Assembly: GCA_030141605.1 (NCBI GenBank)
Contig: JAQGDQ010000041.1
Span: 248,001-312,000 of the forward strand
Length of the DNA stretch: 64,000 bases
Direction of reading: 5' to 3'
Source of the DNA: Tubiluchus corallicola
Lineage: Eukaryota > Animalia > Priapulida
Shown: positions 26,701-40,600 of the stretch, in pieces
Layout: the number at the start of each line of letters is the position of its first letter
How positions within the stretch are numbered: the stretch's first letter is position 1
Notes under the pieces: generated by a model
The model's input: only the letters and a program-made list of their open reading frames with translations
Databases searched by the model: none
What the model was told of the DNA's origin: nothing
Translations under genes and position numbers: made by a program

Positions 26701-29700
26701 TGCACGTTTTACGTCTGCAAATTTTTTCATTGGGAGTGTACTCATTCCATAGCATACCAAACTATGCCATAAATGTGGTAAAATTCCATTTTGGAACAAA
26801 AAATAATTTTATTTTACTCTGTTAGTTAAAGAGCAAATAGGCAATACAGCAAGCGACAACATAGTCTTTGGGTCGAAAACTGCAAGCATTTAGGCGAATA
26901 TCATCACATTGAAACAATGGATGAAGAAAACTGCATAATTACAATGCAACTTGCAACCTTTCTTCCTTACAAGACATACAGCTGTCATATAAAACCCCTG
27001 TGACTGTATTTAGCATTACTCTCATCCTAGAGGAAAGGTCAATTTCTACTCATTTATTATGAAAATGTACTTCCATGTGGATGGGACAAAAACGACAAAT
27101 GCGAAAAACAATGATATGCAAATGCACGCTATCACTTCAATTTTTTCTGTGTAAGTCATACAGAAAAACTCGTGTCTGTGCTGACACAGTGGGAATGCAG
27201 CCTAAATCATGTTTCAAAGAAGATTCATGGAATCTACAAACCTGAGAAAAAGCTGGGCAAGTCAGGAAGTGGAACAGATGATAAGTCTGGTTTTTTCGGT
27301 ATACCATCATCAGAATCCATATCCGTGGTAGATAAATCAGATAGGTCCTGGTTTCCTTTTTCATCAATGGCAGCTTTCTGTTCCTCGTCTTTAATTCTTA
27401 AAAACAGAAAAGATGCAAATGGTACATTAGACACTCCAATAGTAAAACAATAATTATCTAATGGATTCCATAATGTTAAACTACCCAGGCTGGATATCCG
27501 ACAACTTGTGCAGCCATGAACTGTCCAATAAGTGTTAAATTCAAGCATACATCCAGAAAGAAAGTTAAAGAGAAACGAAGTCTAAACCAACCAGGCAGGA
27601 TAATACAGTACATACAGCCATACTTTAAAGTGAAATGTTCTTCTTCGAAAGCGAATTGGGAATGACAACTCAATCTGTTTTCAGACATGCTGATAACTTG
27701 ACATATCTCTTTATTCTTTAACATTTCAGCATTGTCTGAAATACACATCATCAAACAAGCCTGACAAGGTACAGCAATATGTAAAGAGTTTTATTTTCCA
27801 CCATTACTATCTATTTAACAGTTAAAAACAAAATTACTCGATTATTTTTGAAAAATGCATTTAGCCTGGTTGAAACATTTTGAACTAAAATGTGTAATGC
27901 ATTAAGCAGAGTAATTTAGCAAACAATCTGTTTCTAAAACTTGCACAAATTTACTCACTTACTAACAGTCACTATGATGTCTTGTAAAAATATACAAAAT
28001 TAAGCCAAAATAAATTAACATTGTCTCATCTAGGTGAACAGTCCTAAAGTGAACTTATACAACTGTCACTTTGTCTCATGCCACGAATAACCTGTCTCAA
28101 TACAGCTTTCACTACTTGGGATTTGGAGTGGATGCGAGCTATGAGACAGCTTTCAAAAAGCAGATAAACACAAAATCATTAAAAGATTTGCTAACACAAA
28201 GACCCAAAATGCCAAACTGTCACCATCCTCAATTTCAAAGTGAACTGTAAAATTGGCTTTCGTCACCAGAAAAATTAAGTACCCCCAATAGGAAATCGAG
28301 TATGTAACTAGGTAATAAACATACCAGTAAAGTGTACATCATTTTAACAGCCAACAATAAACAATTTCTAAAGCTGAATTTTAGATTTTCATTACCTTCT
28401 CAGTTTTCTGAAATGAGATTTTCCATTTCATAAATTGCATTACTTAGTTTTATCATTAATTGTAATTTGCAAATTCTCTGCAATAACCTCGCTATTGATT
28501 GAACACGTGTCACTAGGGTATTCAGACAAGAATTATTTGTTCTTGTTCTATTTTGCAAACCCTAATCTGCTTTGAGCAACACAATAACTCAGTCAAGCCT
28601 GGCAATTCAACAAAAAAATGCCCAGTCCCAGCAGTCCCCCGTGAAAAAATAAAAGTTTTGCCAACGTGGTAAAATGGAAGTATAATAAAAGGGCATACTG
28701 ATCAATTTAACATGATACAAACCTATTAATTTCGTCCTCTGTGTCTTCGCCAGATGAAGAGAGTCTGCCTGTATTGTCATCATCATCGCCAAACGTTTGT
28801 GCTATTCCTGCTTTAAAACAAATGATCAATTAGCAGTTCTCAGTATGTGAACACTTAATTATCGGAGAAAGATAATATGCGCAATAATTACACTCTCCAG
28901 ATCACAATAAAAACTTACATTTATTTATTTAACCACTAGTAACCATTTTACTTAAATAAAGCTAAAAGGTTGGATTTGAAACAGCAATAATGCTGCAACT
29001 GGCACTGGGGTATTCTAAGTCCAAGATCCTAGCATCATTAACTGAAATTCTTGAAATTAAAAATCATAATGTTGCACTTAATTTAATGTCGTTTAACACT
29101 ACTTACTTCCTTTTTAATTACAATTTTATTTTACTGATTATGCAGGTACACATTTAATCTAAAATAATGTTAATCCACAAAATTTTCCAGAAAACAGTTT
29201 TTCAAAAGCTTCTTATTTTTTACAGTTAAGCAATACGGCAAACAGGACACAGCTCTCAATGACAAAACCTATTTAATATAGAAGGTGGCAGGAGGCTTCC
29301 AAGCTCATTACGAAGACTAATCCTCTAAGACAAAATAATAAACTGACAGAGGACTTTTAGCCATGATCACCCCTATCCTCATTTAGCAATAAATTCAACA
29401 GTAGACAGTAACCCTAGATTAAACACTTCTAAAAAAGTTTTCGTTGCTGTTCATTATTTATCCAGTAATTTACTGGCTAACCAACTCCAGTGTTGCTTAA
29501 CGTGTGCAGCCAAGCATTACATCATGACTATTTTGCTATTTCCCTTGCCACACAAAATGCACATCTCTTTACAAGTATAAAGAAGAATTTTCAGGTGTTA
29601 CAAATTAAGTGGCTTTTAGTGTTTGCAAAGGAAAACAACTAGTTGAAGCAACAGTTTTTTTCCAAATGACAAATTCTACGTAAAACGCTAACAATATAGT

Positions 29701-31574
29701 GTTTTTTCCCTGGTCATAACCTCGACAACTTGTGCAACACCAATCACCAATATATATCTTCGAAAGATCTTTTCGCTGAGGCAGATTTTCAATTAAAGAA
29801 GCATTTTTGCAGAGGCTGCGATTTGGCTCCCAAGTATTTATGCACTTTTCTTCTTGTTTTATAACTTTATTCTACTATTTTGCTTCGAATATTTGATACT
29901 CGTTAAAAATGACAACAACAACAACATGAACAAAGAAGCAGCGGCAAATAATAAAGATCGTGACAAAACCACGAAAAACACAATCAACAACGACACCACT
30001 GAGACTGCTGTCACAGAGAAAAGTTGTAATGACAAGGTAAGAATAAAGTATGTGTTACATACCAGAAGTCTTGTCAGGTGATCTTGCATCTTTTGGTGAT
30101 TTTTTTGGAGATTTCGCATTTTTTGTTGACTTTTTTGGTGACTTTGCATCTTTCTTGGAAGCAACAATATCCTCATCCGCATCACTTTCATCGGCCGGTC
30201 TCCACTCATCTTCACTCTCTTCATTTTCTTCAGACTCTTCATCAGAATCATCAATTACCCTAACAACAACAGCTAAGGAGCTCTAGAAGTGAATTCATGT
30301 TTACTAATACCGATAAAATGACCAAACAGGTTTTTTACTGGTAAAACTTATTTCAAATCTCATTTCAAGCTAGAACAGTAAAGCCTCCTTTGTTTTGCCT
30401 TCAATTAATATTTTCATTAATTAACAACAAAACATCCCGCAATTAAACATATGCCAAGTTAAAACCTAGACTAAACATATAGAAGAACTGTAACTATGTT
30501 TGGATTAAGTTTAATACAAAACAGAGAACTGAATTCATCATTGGCAAACACTTTTGCAATGTACAGAAGCCAAAGTGTTCAAAATTGCCAAACTACCATG
30601 TGAATAAAAGATTAAGGTACCTATTCTTGATTCTTCTGAATTTCTTTTTCTTTTCCCTTTCTCGTCTGCGTTCCTCTTCTTCCTCTGAGTCCTCGCTGTC
30701 ACTTTTCAGTTCATATCTACAAAATGTGACAAAAGTTAAAAAAATCTGCTTAATCAAAATCTGTGTTCATCCCAAAATGGTGCCTGAAAGCCAGTTAATT
30801 AAAATTTTGTAGCCCAGGAAGTATGTCAAGCTTAGAATAAAGTAGAATTTCCTTTGCTAAGCTGTGTAGTTCATTAAATGATTTAACATAAACTACAAAC
30901 ATAAACATAAACATCACAAACAACGAAAAAATTTCTAAATGCGCTTACTTTTTCCATGACAAAGGCTGTCGTTTGCCGTAGCAGTCCGTAACCCATTCCT
31001 GCGTGACTATTTTGCCAGCTTCCTGTTTAACTTGTACATATTTTGGAGTATTTATGAAAGCACAACTAAAAAAATTAAATAAAGAAATAATTTTTTAGAC
31101 AGGACAAGCCTAGTAAAAGTTTTGGTCAAAAACATTTATATTTTAAATTTTGCCTTACACAAAAAGCATGTTTATTCCAGCTGTTGTGAATCGAAAAGTT
31201 TTAGCAAAATCATACTTACAAGAGAATAGTTTTGGTTACCATTGTCAAAAAATTGTATTAGGCCCATTTCACAGTGAGGACACAAGAAAAAATGAAGCAC
31301 GGAACTGCTGTTACAAAATCAGAAAATTTTCTGAAAATTTCCAATTTTTCACGAAATCCCATCCAGCAAGAAAGTTCATTTCTCAGTGATACTATACAGC
31401 TTTTTTTCTCGTGTCCAGTTAATTGTAGCTATTCTGCGAGTTTTATACTGTATAACCATATCTGAATTAAGTTATACTTGCCGTATTGCCATGTACAAAG
31501 TACAATTAATAATGTTAATGTAATGTCAGGCCTGTTTGTTTTTATAATAAAATTCTACTAATTACTTCAAAATC

Positions 31575-31631
<57 letters not shown>

Positions 31632-34600
31632 AACATATGCGTGAATGTTGCATTAATAAAACGTAAAGTCGCCAGTCTGGTAAAAGAGAAATTAAATCTT
31701 AGAATTTTATGCTGAAATGTGTTAATTGTTGTTTCATTAAATAAGAAATAAGTAACTGAATAGTTAAATTTAAAACTTAATTCAGCGAGGATTCTTCATG
31801 AAAATTGAACATGGCTTGCGGCAAAATTCCTCATGAGGAGGATGCATAGAAGTCTTCTAGCTGGTGGCAGAATACCTCATGAAACACTGCACGAGAAAAT
31901 TTGCCACACTATCTCACCGTGAAATGCGTCATAGAAAACAATGTGTTTCATTTTCATGAGGAATGCCGCAAGGAGTTTCTCCTCGAGGCATTTTGCTGCA
32001 AGTCCTCTCTGTGAAATGGACCTTAGAAATCTAAAAATGATAAACAATGTATGTTAGTAATCACCAGTGCCAAAAGTTTCAACAAATCTTGCAACTATTC
32101 AGTCAGTCTATTCAGATGAAAAGTCTCATCACACTGAGACATTTTCAATTTGAAATGTATCCCATGTCCGAGATATTAGATTATTCTTAGCAAAGTTTGA
32201 ATAACTGAGCAACCCAGTTGAACCAAAGTAGAATCATTCTCAGTGTCAAGAGATAGTTTACACATAATCAGTTTTACACAGCATGTCTGTACATACATGA
32301 TACTAATACTTGTCATTAGCCACATTCACTTTATTTCTTGTAAATGATTTTATAAATTCAAACCACACTAATACATAGTGCATAATTACATACACCAAAT
32401 GAGTACATTCTTTTGTCCAATCTGGTCGATATTTTGCACCCATTTCCAGTGCTTTTTCTCGAAGTTGTCCACGGAGCGGATTCTGAAAACCGCTGAGAGA
32501 GAAGAATACTCCTTTCATGATTGAGTTGAAATCTACTGGAGTCTGAGAACTTGAATTGCCCAACGTATGGACAGCTATGACAAACAGAAAAAAAACATTA
32601 AATATTTTGTTCCAATAATTTTAGTAGTAAGCACAGGATTATTGTTAGATGACACATGCTGTTACCATATCCTTTTGAAATGAAGACGATCTGAATTCAA
32701 ATCGGATTGGGAAAAAGTTTAAAGCTTTCTCACTTATTTTGCCCACATGTAGAATTTGAAGATTTCACTTGCATTATTATAACCTGTTTAAGCATGAATT
32801 GCATTTTACATTGACAGACAGCTAGCATTTTGTACAATAAATTTATGAACCACAGAATCTGAAGCTCCTCTGTGACCTGAATAGAATGCAAATCAAATTT
32901 AAAATTTTTATTTGTCTCTCTCAATAGGTTGCAAAGTGTATGAAATTAAAATCAGTAAATTACATTGACAAGATATAGATGGGGCGGTGAAGGACCAGGG
33001 GTCATTGAGCAGCCACCCCTATATAAATATGTTATTTTAGATATCATGGCTTTTTTTAATTTAATGATACCAATAGGTTATGTCAATTATTTGTGCTACT
33101 ATATGCTGTGAATTTAATATTGTCTAAGGAGACAATTAAATTTGTGCAAATAAGATTAATTAATTCACAGATATTTTGAAGTTTATGGTGAGCAAAATAC
33201 AGCAACATAATATAATTATTAGAAATACAGTTGCGTAAAATGCAGTAAATGTTTGGGTTCAAGTCCCACAGAACGATAACAGTTTTTTGGGGATTCTAAT
33301 TTAGTTTAGTTACATGCAGTCATAAACTTAACAGATTGGTAGCCAAATATGCAAAAAGAATTTAGCACAAAGTTGGAACTCCGTGAAATGACAAATCCAT
33401 AAATGAACATCCTACGTAGTGTTTGTTTACTATTCTCGTAGGCTGACGGTAAGTATTTAAGCCGCTTCTAAGCAAAGATTATAAGCACAGTGTATAATGG
33501 ATCATGCCAGTAGCAATGAAAAATTGCAGGAAAGAAGTTGAAACTATCCGTTTAAGAGTTCCATGGTAGACGTAGGTCGTATAACAGAGTCAACACAGAT
33601 TGTAGCCCAATTCAACGTCTATACAAGGAGCTATAAAACTCCCCCAAGACATGTACAAACGGCCATAATAACAGTTTTTGCAGATACTGTTTATTCAGAA
33701 TTGTAGGGTGAGTGGGTCTAGAAAATTGCATACTGCAGGCAGACAAGAGCCTAAACATGTTTATTACACCTTTTTTGAGCTGAATGCTCTTTTTAATACT
33801 ACATAGCACCACATCTATTGCAGTCCACCCATTTTTCATATCTTAGTTTTATGTTTTATGAAAAGCGGCCAAAAACTGCCATTTTTGGAGTTTTTCCGTC
33901 CGCCATTACTCCCAAACATTCAGAATGGGTAAACTGGCTTCCTATGTCCACACTCTTTAAAGGTGACTCTAGCATCATTTAAGCATCATTTAAGCAACAT
34001 TTTATTATAGTCATGCAGTCGTTTGGTTGCTAATTAAGCTAACGTATAACTTACTTTACATTTTCAATAAGTTCAATAATGTGTTTTTGGTGAGCCAGAG
34101 GTGCACATTTAGATAGTGATACAGTGACGTCTTACGACTTGGTGCAAACATTTTAAAATTACTAAGAATTTTCTTTTCCAATTACATACGTCTTTCAAAC
34201 ATTAAGCATAATCCTAAGCAATAGAACCTTGTATATAAAATTCATTTGATACAGTTTAAAATTCCATTTTCTTCCTTTTTAGTAGTACACATTTTTTAAC
34301 ATTTTTTTCCAAACCTGTCCAAACAGCTACAAAACCTTTACGCTTTACACATTCCCAAAGAGGCTAATCACAAGCACATGCACAGGATGGGGCAGATGTG
34401 GAACTATGCTGATGATACATCTATCTCTGTTTCAGGCAAAACTGGTCTTGAACTCGAAACTAAACTCCAAATTTGAGCCAACAGCATAGCACAGTGGTCT
34501 CGTGACAATGACATGGTAATAAATAAAGAGAAAACAAAAACAGCGGTACTAAGTGCCCATCAGAGACTAGCCTGTCTTACTGATGATTTAAATATTATCA

Positions 34601-37600
34601 TTGAGGGATACTCAATTAGTAACAGCCAGCAAGAAAAAGTGTTAGAGTTAATTATAGGAATAATTATACACAACACTTTATCCTGGGAAGCTCAAGTTTC
34701 TGAAATACAAAGAACGGCTTTGGCAAGTTTAACGACCCTTCGAAGACTAAGACAATATCTTCCCTGGAGAACAAAATACTATATTGATAACAGTCATGTT
34801 CAGCCACACCTTGAGTATTGCTGCAGTATCTGAGGCAATTTTGACCAACAAACATTACTGAGAGCCTTCAGGATCCAAAAATGAGGCACGCGGCTCATAT
34901 TCAACTGAAGCACAGAAACGCCCACCAGCGATTTGCTTGCCACACTTAACTGGCTTCCTTTAGCTGACAGAATTAAATATGACAAAGGTTTGATGACGTA
35001 TAAAATTTTGAATGATCATGCACCCGATTACCTGAGACAAACATTTACATGTTTCAGACATGCACAGCAAGGTCACATGAGCAGTTGAGTGCCAAATTCT
35101 ACTTACCAAAACCAAAAATAGAAATTTACAAATGCACTTTATTTTCTAGAGCTCAGCTGTTGGAACTCTTTACCACTAGAAGTGGCTGATACCAATAGCA
35201 TCAATGCTTTTAAGTCATGATTTAAAAATGCTTGTTAGAAACACTGTAGCCTGTAAGCTAATATAAACATGTTTTCTTTTTGTCTCTTACAGCAGATGTT
35301 TTACTAAAGTGTACTGATTGTGTATATCTTTGTTTATATTGTGTATAAAGTGCATATTTTGTTTTTGTACAATTTCTAAGTCAGATTATATGTCTCAGTA
35401 TTTTTAGTGCTTGCAGTTGTCAATATTTCCATAATGCTTTTTGTCTTGTTTTATTTTGGGGACCACTTCAGAAATAACTAATAGTTTTGTAATTGTTGGT
35501 TAAAGTGTTATCCATGTTAAATAAAGAATTAATAATAATCCTCAAGCAATTATCCACAGTATATTAGAATTGTTATGCATTTCTTTCACAATTCTTCGCA
35601 GACTTTTGTCAGTTGAGAAACTGCTGTTTCTAAATTTAAGGCAAAAGGATTAGTCTCTTGTGAAGAACTAATACAGTAATTTATCAAATCCACTGAATCT
35701 ACAAAAACGAGATAACAAAATGCTCTCTTTTGAGCGAGTGTGTTGGACCACAAAAATCAGCTGAATTACAGTTTATAGCTATTGGTCTGATTCATCTAAC
35801 TAACTGACCAAGTAAACTGCTTAGCAAAGAAACATCCAAAATGACTCGTGCTGCACATACATTTCTGCTTTTTTGTCGGCGGAGGTGTTGCTTCCCTCAC
35901 TGTTGCTTTTCTCTTTGCTTCCTTAGATTTTACTTGATCCTCCTTGGTATTTGGTGCCGTTTTCTTAGCTGATTCTCTGACAAGTTCATGTTTTGATTCT
36001 GCAGTAGGTTTTGCAGTTAATGGTGTCTACAAAAAATAAACAGTTTTATTCGTTTAAACATATTTCATTCGTTTTGATATTTTTACAGTGCAACACAGAA
36101 GTTTTTAATTTTCACCTTAAAACAGCAGTAACAGTTGAAGTGGGCTAATCTAATATTTAATGCAATCTGTTAAATTATGTTTTACAGTAACATAAAGTAA
36201 TGTTAAATTACAAGTAAAAACAGACAAATCTCAGCAATGTTAAGGAAAGATACAAATTAAAATATAATAGAGTTACCTCGGTAATACACTTGCAACAGGC
36301 AACATGCTTTTGCAAGGAAATCTAAGCATATTAGCTAACATTTCAAAGTAAAACTCTCCATCTTCAGGGAGAAGCTGTCAAAACAATCCAAATAACAATA
36401 ACACCTAATAAGGCATTTTTGCCGTTTTTATGGTACCCCGAAAATGGAGTGAGTTTTACTCCACAACATCGACTAATGTATTAATTTTTCTAGAGAGCTT
36501 ACCTGCTTTGCAGCTCCTGCAACCACGGGTGTTGGCTGCTTCATAACTGAAGTGTCTCGAGAAGCTGCTCTAACAGCTGCAGCTCCTGAAAAAGAAATAC
36601 TACCAGTTGTAAAATATGAGACATGTATTGTTTAAAACATATAAATAAATGTTGTATAAATGAAGTCTTATAACTTATATCTCAACTTGTAATGAAGTGT
36701 AACAAATGATCTAATTTAGCTTACTGTCTAAGCAAAGCCAACTGCATCTCGACAGAATTTATAAACTAGATGTTTTCCTAAATACAGAATACGTATAATT
36801 CTACACATCGAGAACATTCAGTCATACTGACAGCTTTAGAATTAAATTGAATAAGTATAACAGAAGGTATCTTCTAAAGGGTAAGCATAATTATTAACAA
36901 TATTATCACTTATGTTGTAATTCAGTGCTTACATTTACAGAAGAAACAATTATTACTAGGATGCAATGCCGTTGATTCAAATGTACTTAATTGCATATTT
37001 AATTCACTCAATAGATTTCACTTCATTGTTCTAGGAACTAATGGCCTTGCCACAGTTTCAAAGGTGACAGCATTTCAATTATGGTTTTTAAACTTGCTCA
37101 AATTAACTCTGATATCCATAGAATTTTATTATTCCCATAAACATTTATTTCTTTAATGGGCTGATAAATGACTGAAACAAGTAGCATTTTTCATGACATC
37201 AGTATAAGTTGCCAGTAAAAACTTATGCAATCCTCTAATAGGACTTGACTTTTCTACCTTTGACTTCCTCTTCTTTATGCGCATGTCTGGTTGCAAACAA
37301 AGATCCTACTTTCAGCGTTGACTCATCTGATTCTGGTTTCAACGTGAATGAACCTATTCGCTCAACTTTCTGCAAATGCAATTATTTATTTATGATCAAA
37401 TATACGATAGTATTATATGATATTGCTGTTATTTGACATCTAGCATAAATTTATCTAATAGGTTAACTTAAAAAACCTTAATGTCTGCAATGCAGATATA
37501 TTGGCAAAGCTCAGGTTTAGACGAGTTTATAACAAGTTAGCAGGCAATAAATTTTGAAGTCAAATAATTAACAAAAGATGCAACAACTATCGTTTTAGTA

Positions 37601-40600
37601 ACTACGGTCAATTTACCAAAAACATCCAATGAAACTAAAATACTGGAAAACTGATCATCAATCTTGTTCATCAAAAAATACCACGAAACCTTATTACATT
37701 TTACTTAGCTGGTAGTCACTAGTCAGGTACAGCTTAAAACTCATGCTTCATTTCACTAAAAGTAAAAATTAAACTTTCTTAATTTAACAACTAAATACTC
37801 TTTTTACAATGGGTATAAAAATACACAAAGTATGTAAAAGATTCTACTAACAAATAATTAAAATTAGTGATCCACTGGATCCAAATTACGGTACGAGATA
37901 CGGCCAGATTTGGATTCAATAAATGATTAAAAAAATAAAGATTCAGTAAATGATACCCGATAGCTTCGTCGGGTTTTCAACTATAGCATGGGTTAATAAA
38001 ATTATACGAAGCCAATAATTGGTAGTAGATACCTGGATTCGGTTGTAACGGTCCGGGTATCATTTACCGAATCCAGATACTACTTTCAATCCATATTTTG
38101 TACTGTTGTACAGATTTGGTCGTTATGATCCGGATGTGTTCCAAATCCTGTAAAAGTGGATTTGGTACGCCACTAATTAAAGTACTGACAGTGTTTAAAC
38201 TAAACTGTACGGTACAAATCTGAAAACATAAAAATATTAAACATACCTGTTCTGTTGTTTTTTCTGTTGCAGAAGTAGACTGTCCTACATCTCCGGCAGA
38301 GTTGAATCGTATAAATGACAACCCATACTGAATGTGCTAAACACAATAATGAATGAAATAAAAGTTGCATCTTAATTCATAATAGTCCAAAATAATATCC
38401 ACGGAATTCATCAGAATAATGTAAAATTCCCTTAGAATTCAAACAATTACCTATTGTATAAAACCTATTGTAGCTATTGTAGGAGAAAATATTAGAACTA
38501 CAATAAAAATTCTCGAAAATTAAGCTTACTTTGTTAAATGGTTGGGTACAGACAACTTTAACACGATCCCATTTTTCATCTATCACAACTTTTGATAGGT
38601 CAGCTAGTCCAAACATTCGTACTCGGTTCAAACTGATTCCTTCTCGACTTTCTTTTGGACTCATAAAGGATGAAGCAACAAGAATAACCTAAATGCACCA
38701 AAACCAGTAAACAAATAGCTTGATATAAAAACCCAATACTAATCCAAAAAAGAAAAATCTGCATGGCATCAACGACGATGAATAGTTTCAGTCAATGCAT
38801 ATTGATTATTGCGTAATACATAGCTGCCAAGAATATTCTAACTTTTAGACTCTGCTGTTAAAGAAGATGACATAAACTACTTTTATTGACCAACCAGTGC
38901 AGCCGCTAACAGAAAACATTAGCACATATATGTAATATCTTACAATTTTTGGTTAAACTTATCGATTAAACTGGCCAAAGAAAGGTCATTAAGCTATCAC
39001 AGTCGGCATATAAAAATTTACAATGCACTTGCTAGTCTCATTTTTTCCTCGACTAATTGCAATACCGCATGTAATTCATTGTAAACAGTGCCCAGAGACT
39101 CCGTAAACCACAGATAATGCTGCTTCAGTTGTAACACTAATCTACCATGGCGCTTGAATTTATAATTCTGACACCTGTATAAAAGACAAACCTGATAATT
39201 CTGCTCAGTGTCTGTTGAGCGTCCAACAAAAACTTCAATAAATGCCGAGCCTTCGTTACCAATGTCGATGGAATGAATTGCACTTGCTTTCTCAAACTGT
39301 AACAAAGCAATATTAATGTGTAAGTTTAAGTATCAACAAAATGCTCATTTCACCTACAGAAGTTTTCAGGTATGCTTACACACAAGCAGTTTCTAAAGGA
39401 ATAAAAATGCTTTATAGCTAGCTTTGTAAGGTTGAATTTTTTTGCTACCGCACTAGGCATTAGGTTAATGATGATTATATATAAACCGATTACTTTATTA
39501 ATTTACTGTGCATACCATATGATTCTAGTGATAAAGAAAGCTCAAGTTTGGAAGTCATAAAAGTTAGGAAAACGAAAATTTTATCTAACATTGAAGTCAT
39601 AAGCCAAGTGGTACTACCATTCTTTCTTTTAAGGACCCTTTAATAAATATATTGTCTTTAAAATCTTTTACCTGCAGAACAATACACATTTGTTTTTCTC
39701 CTGGTACGGCACATTTCCATTTCTTATAAGAATCACCTTTTAATAAATTATCTGCACAATGAACCTGAAAGAAACACAGATGCTTGGAAATATACACATG
39801 TAAATATTAAATACATAAAACACTCAGTAGTAAATACGTAATATTAGAGTACATTTTTATTTAAATAGGCAAGACCCAGTGATTTCTCTAACTACCAGTG
39901 GCATAGCAATAGCAGGTATTTCAATTTAAGCAAACCAGGGTCCACATGTCCCCAGATCTATTTATACAATAAATGTTTTCGCGCAACTTAAATTAGTAGC
40001 ACTGTTACAAAATTCATAAACACTGTCATAAAGCAAAGTAAATTTTACTTTGTTTTAATTTTTGACACATATGATCAATTGTCAAAAGGAACTTGAAATG
40101 CCTATTAACTTAGCCATCAATAATAAGAGATTGTTCTGTTTTTGCAAATGTGTGGTTGCGATTCGCAATTTTATATATTTTGTTGCTATTGTGTGAGATT
40201 CAGTTGTAGGAGCTATGTCAAATGTCTACTTGTTGTTGGTCTTTTTTAAATATGTCAAATGTACTACATGTATTGTAAGCTATATAATATGGGTTATTTG
40301 CTGTACACGACCATATGTTATAACATCCAGATGCAGAGTTTGTTGCAGAACTTAGAAAGCAAAGTTTAATCTGCTGTAAGGTTTCACCAGTTCACACTGT
40401 CTACATTTCTTGCCAATTTTTGTTGCAGTGACAAGTGCAATGCAAATAATCTTCTGCTTTAGCTTTAGTTCAAGCAAAGTTCTTCATAATATGATAGCTA
40501 AAAACTATTTTCAAAAATCTTAAACGTGAAAAATGTACGACTAGGAAGGAACTTCAAAAAGTGATGTACTGCTCTTTTAGGGAATTTTAGTATCTAAAAT

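Noticed and set aside
29700-30081. ORFs 29854-30081 (+), 29859-30254 (-) and an extra XRCC1 exon
   Set aside because: Low-complexity AAC-rich intron and off-frame readings of a real exon; candidate acceptor has the wrong phase.
33225-33290. tRNA gene (B-box GGTTCAAGTCC at 33256)
   Set aside because: No A box or cloverleaf stems; at most a SINE relic.
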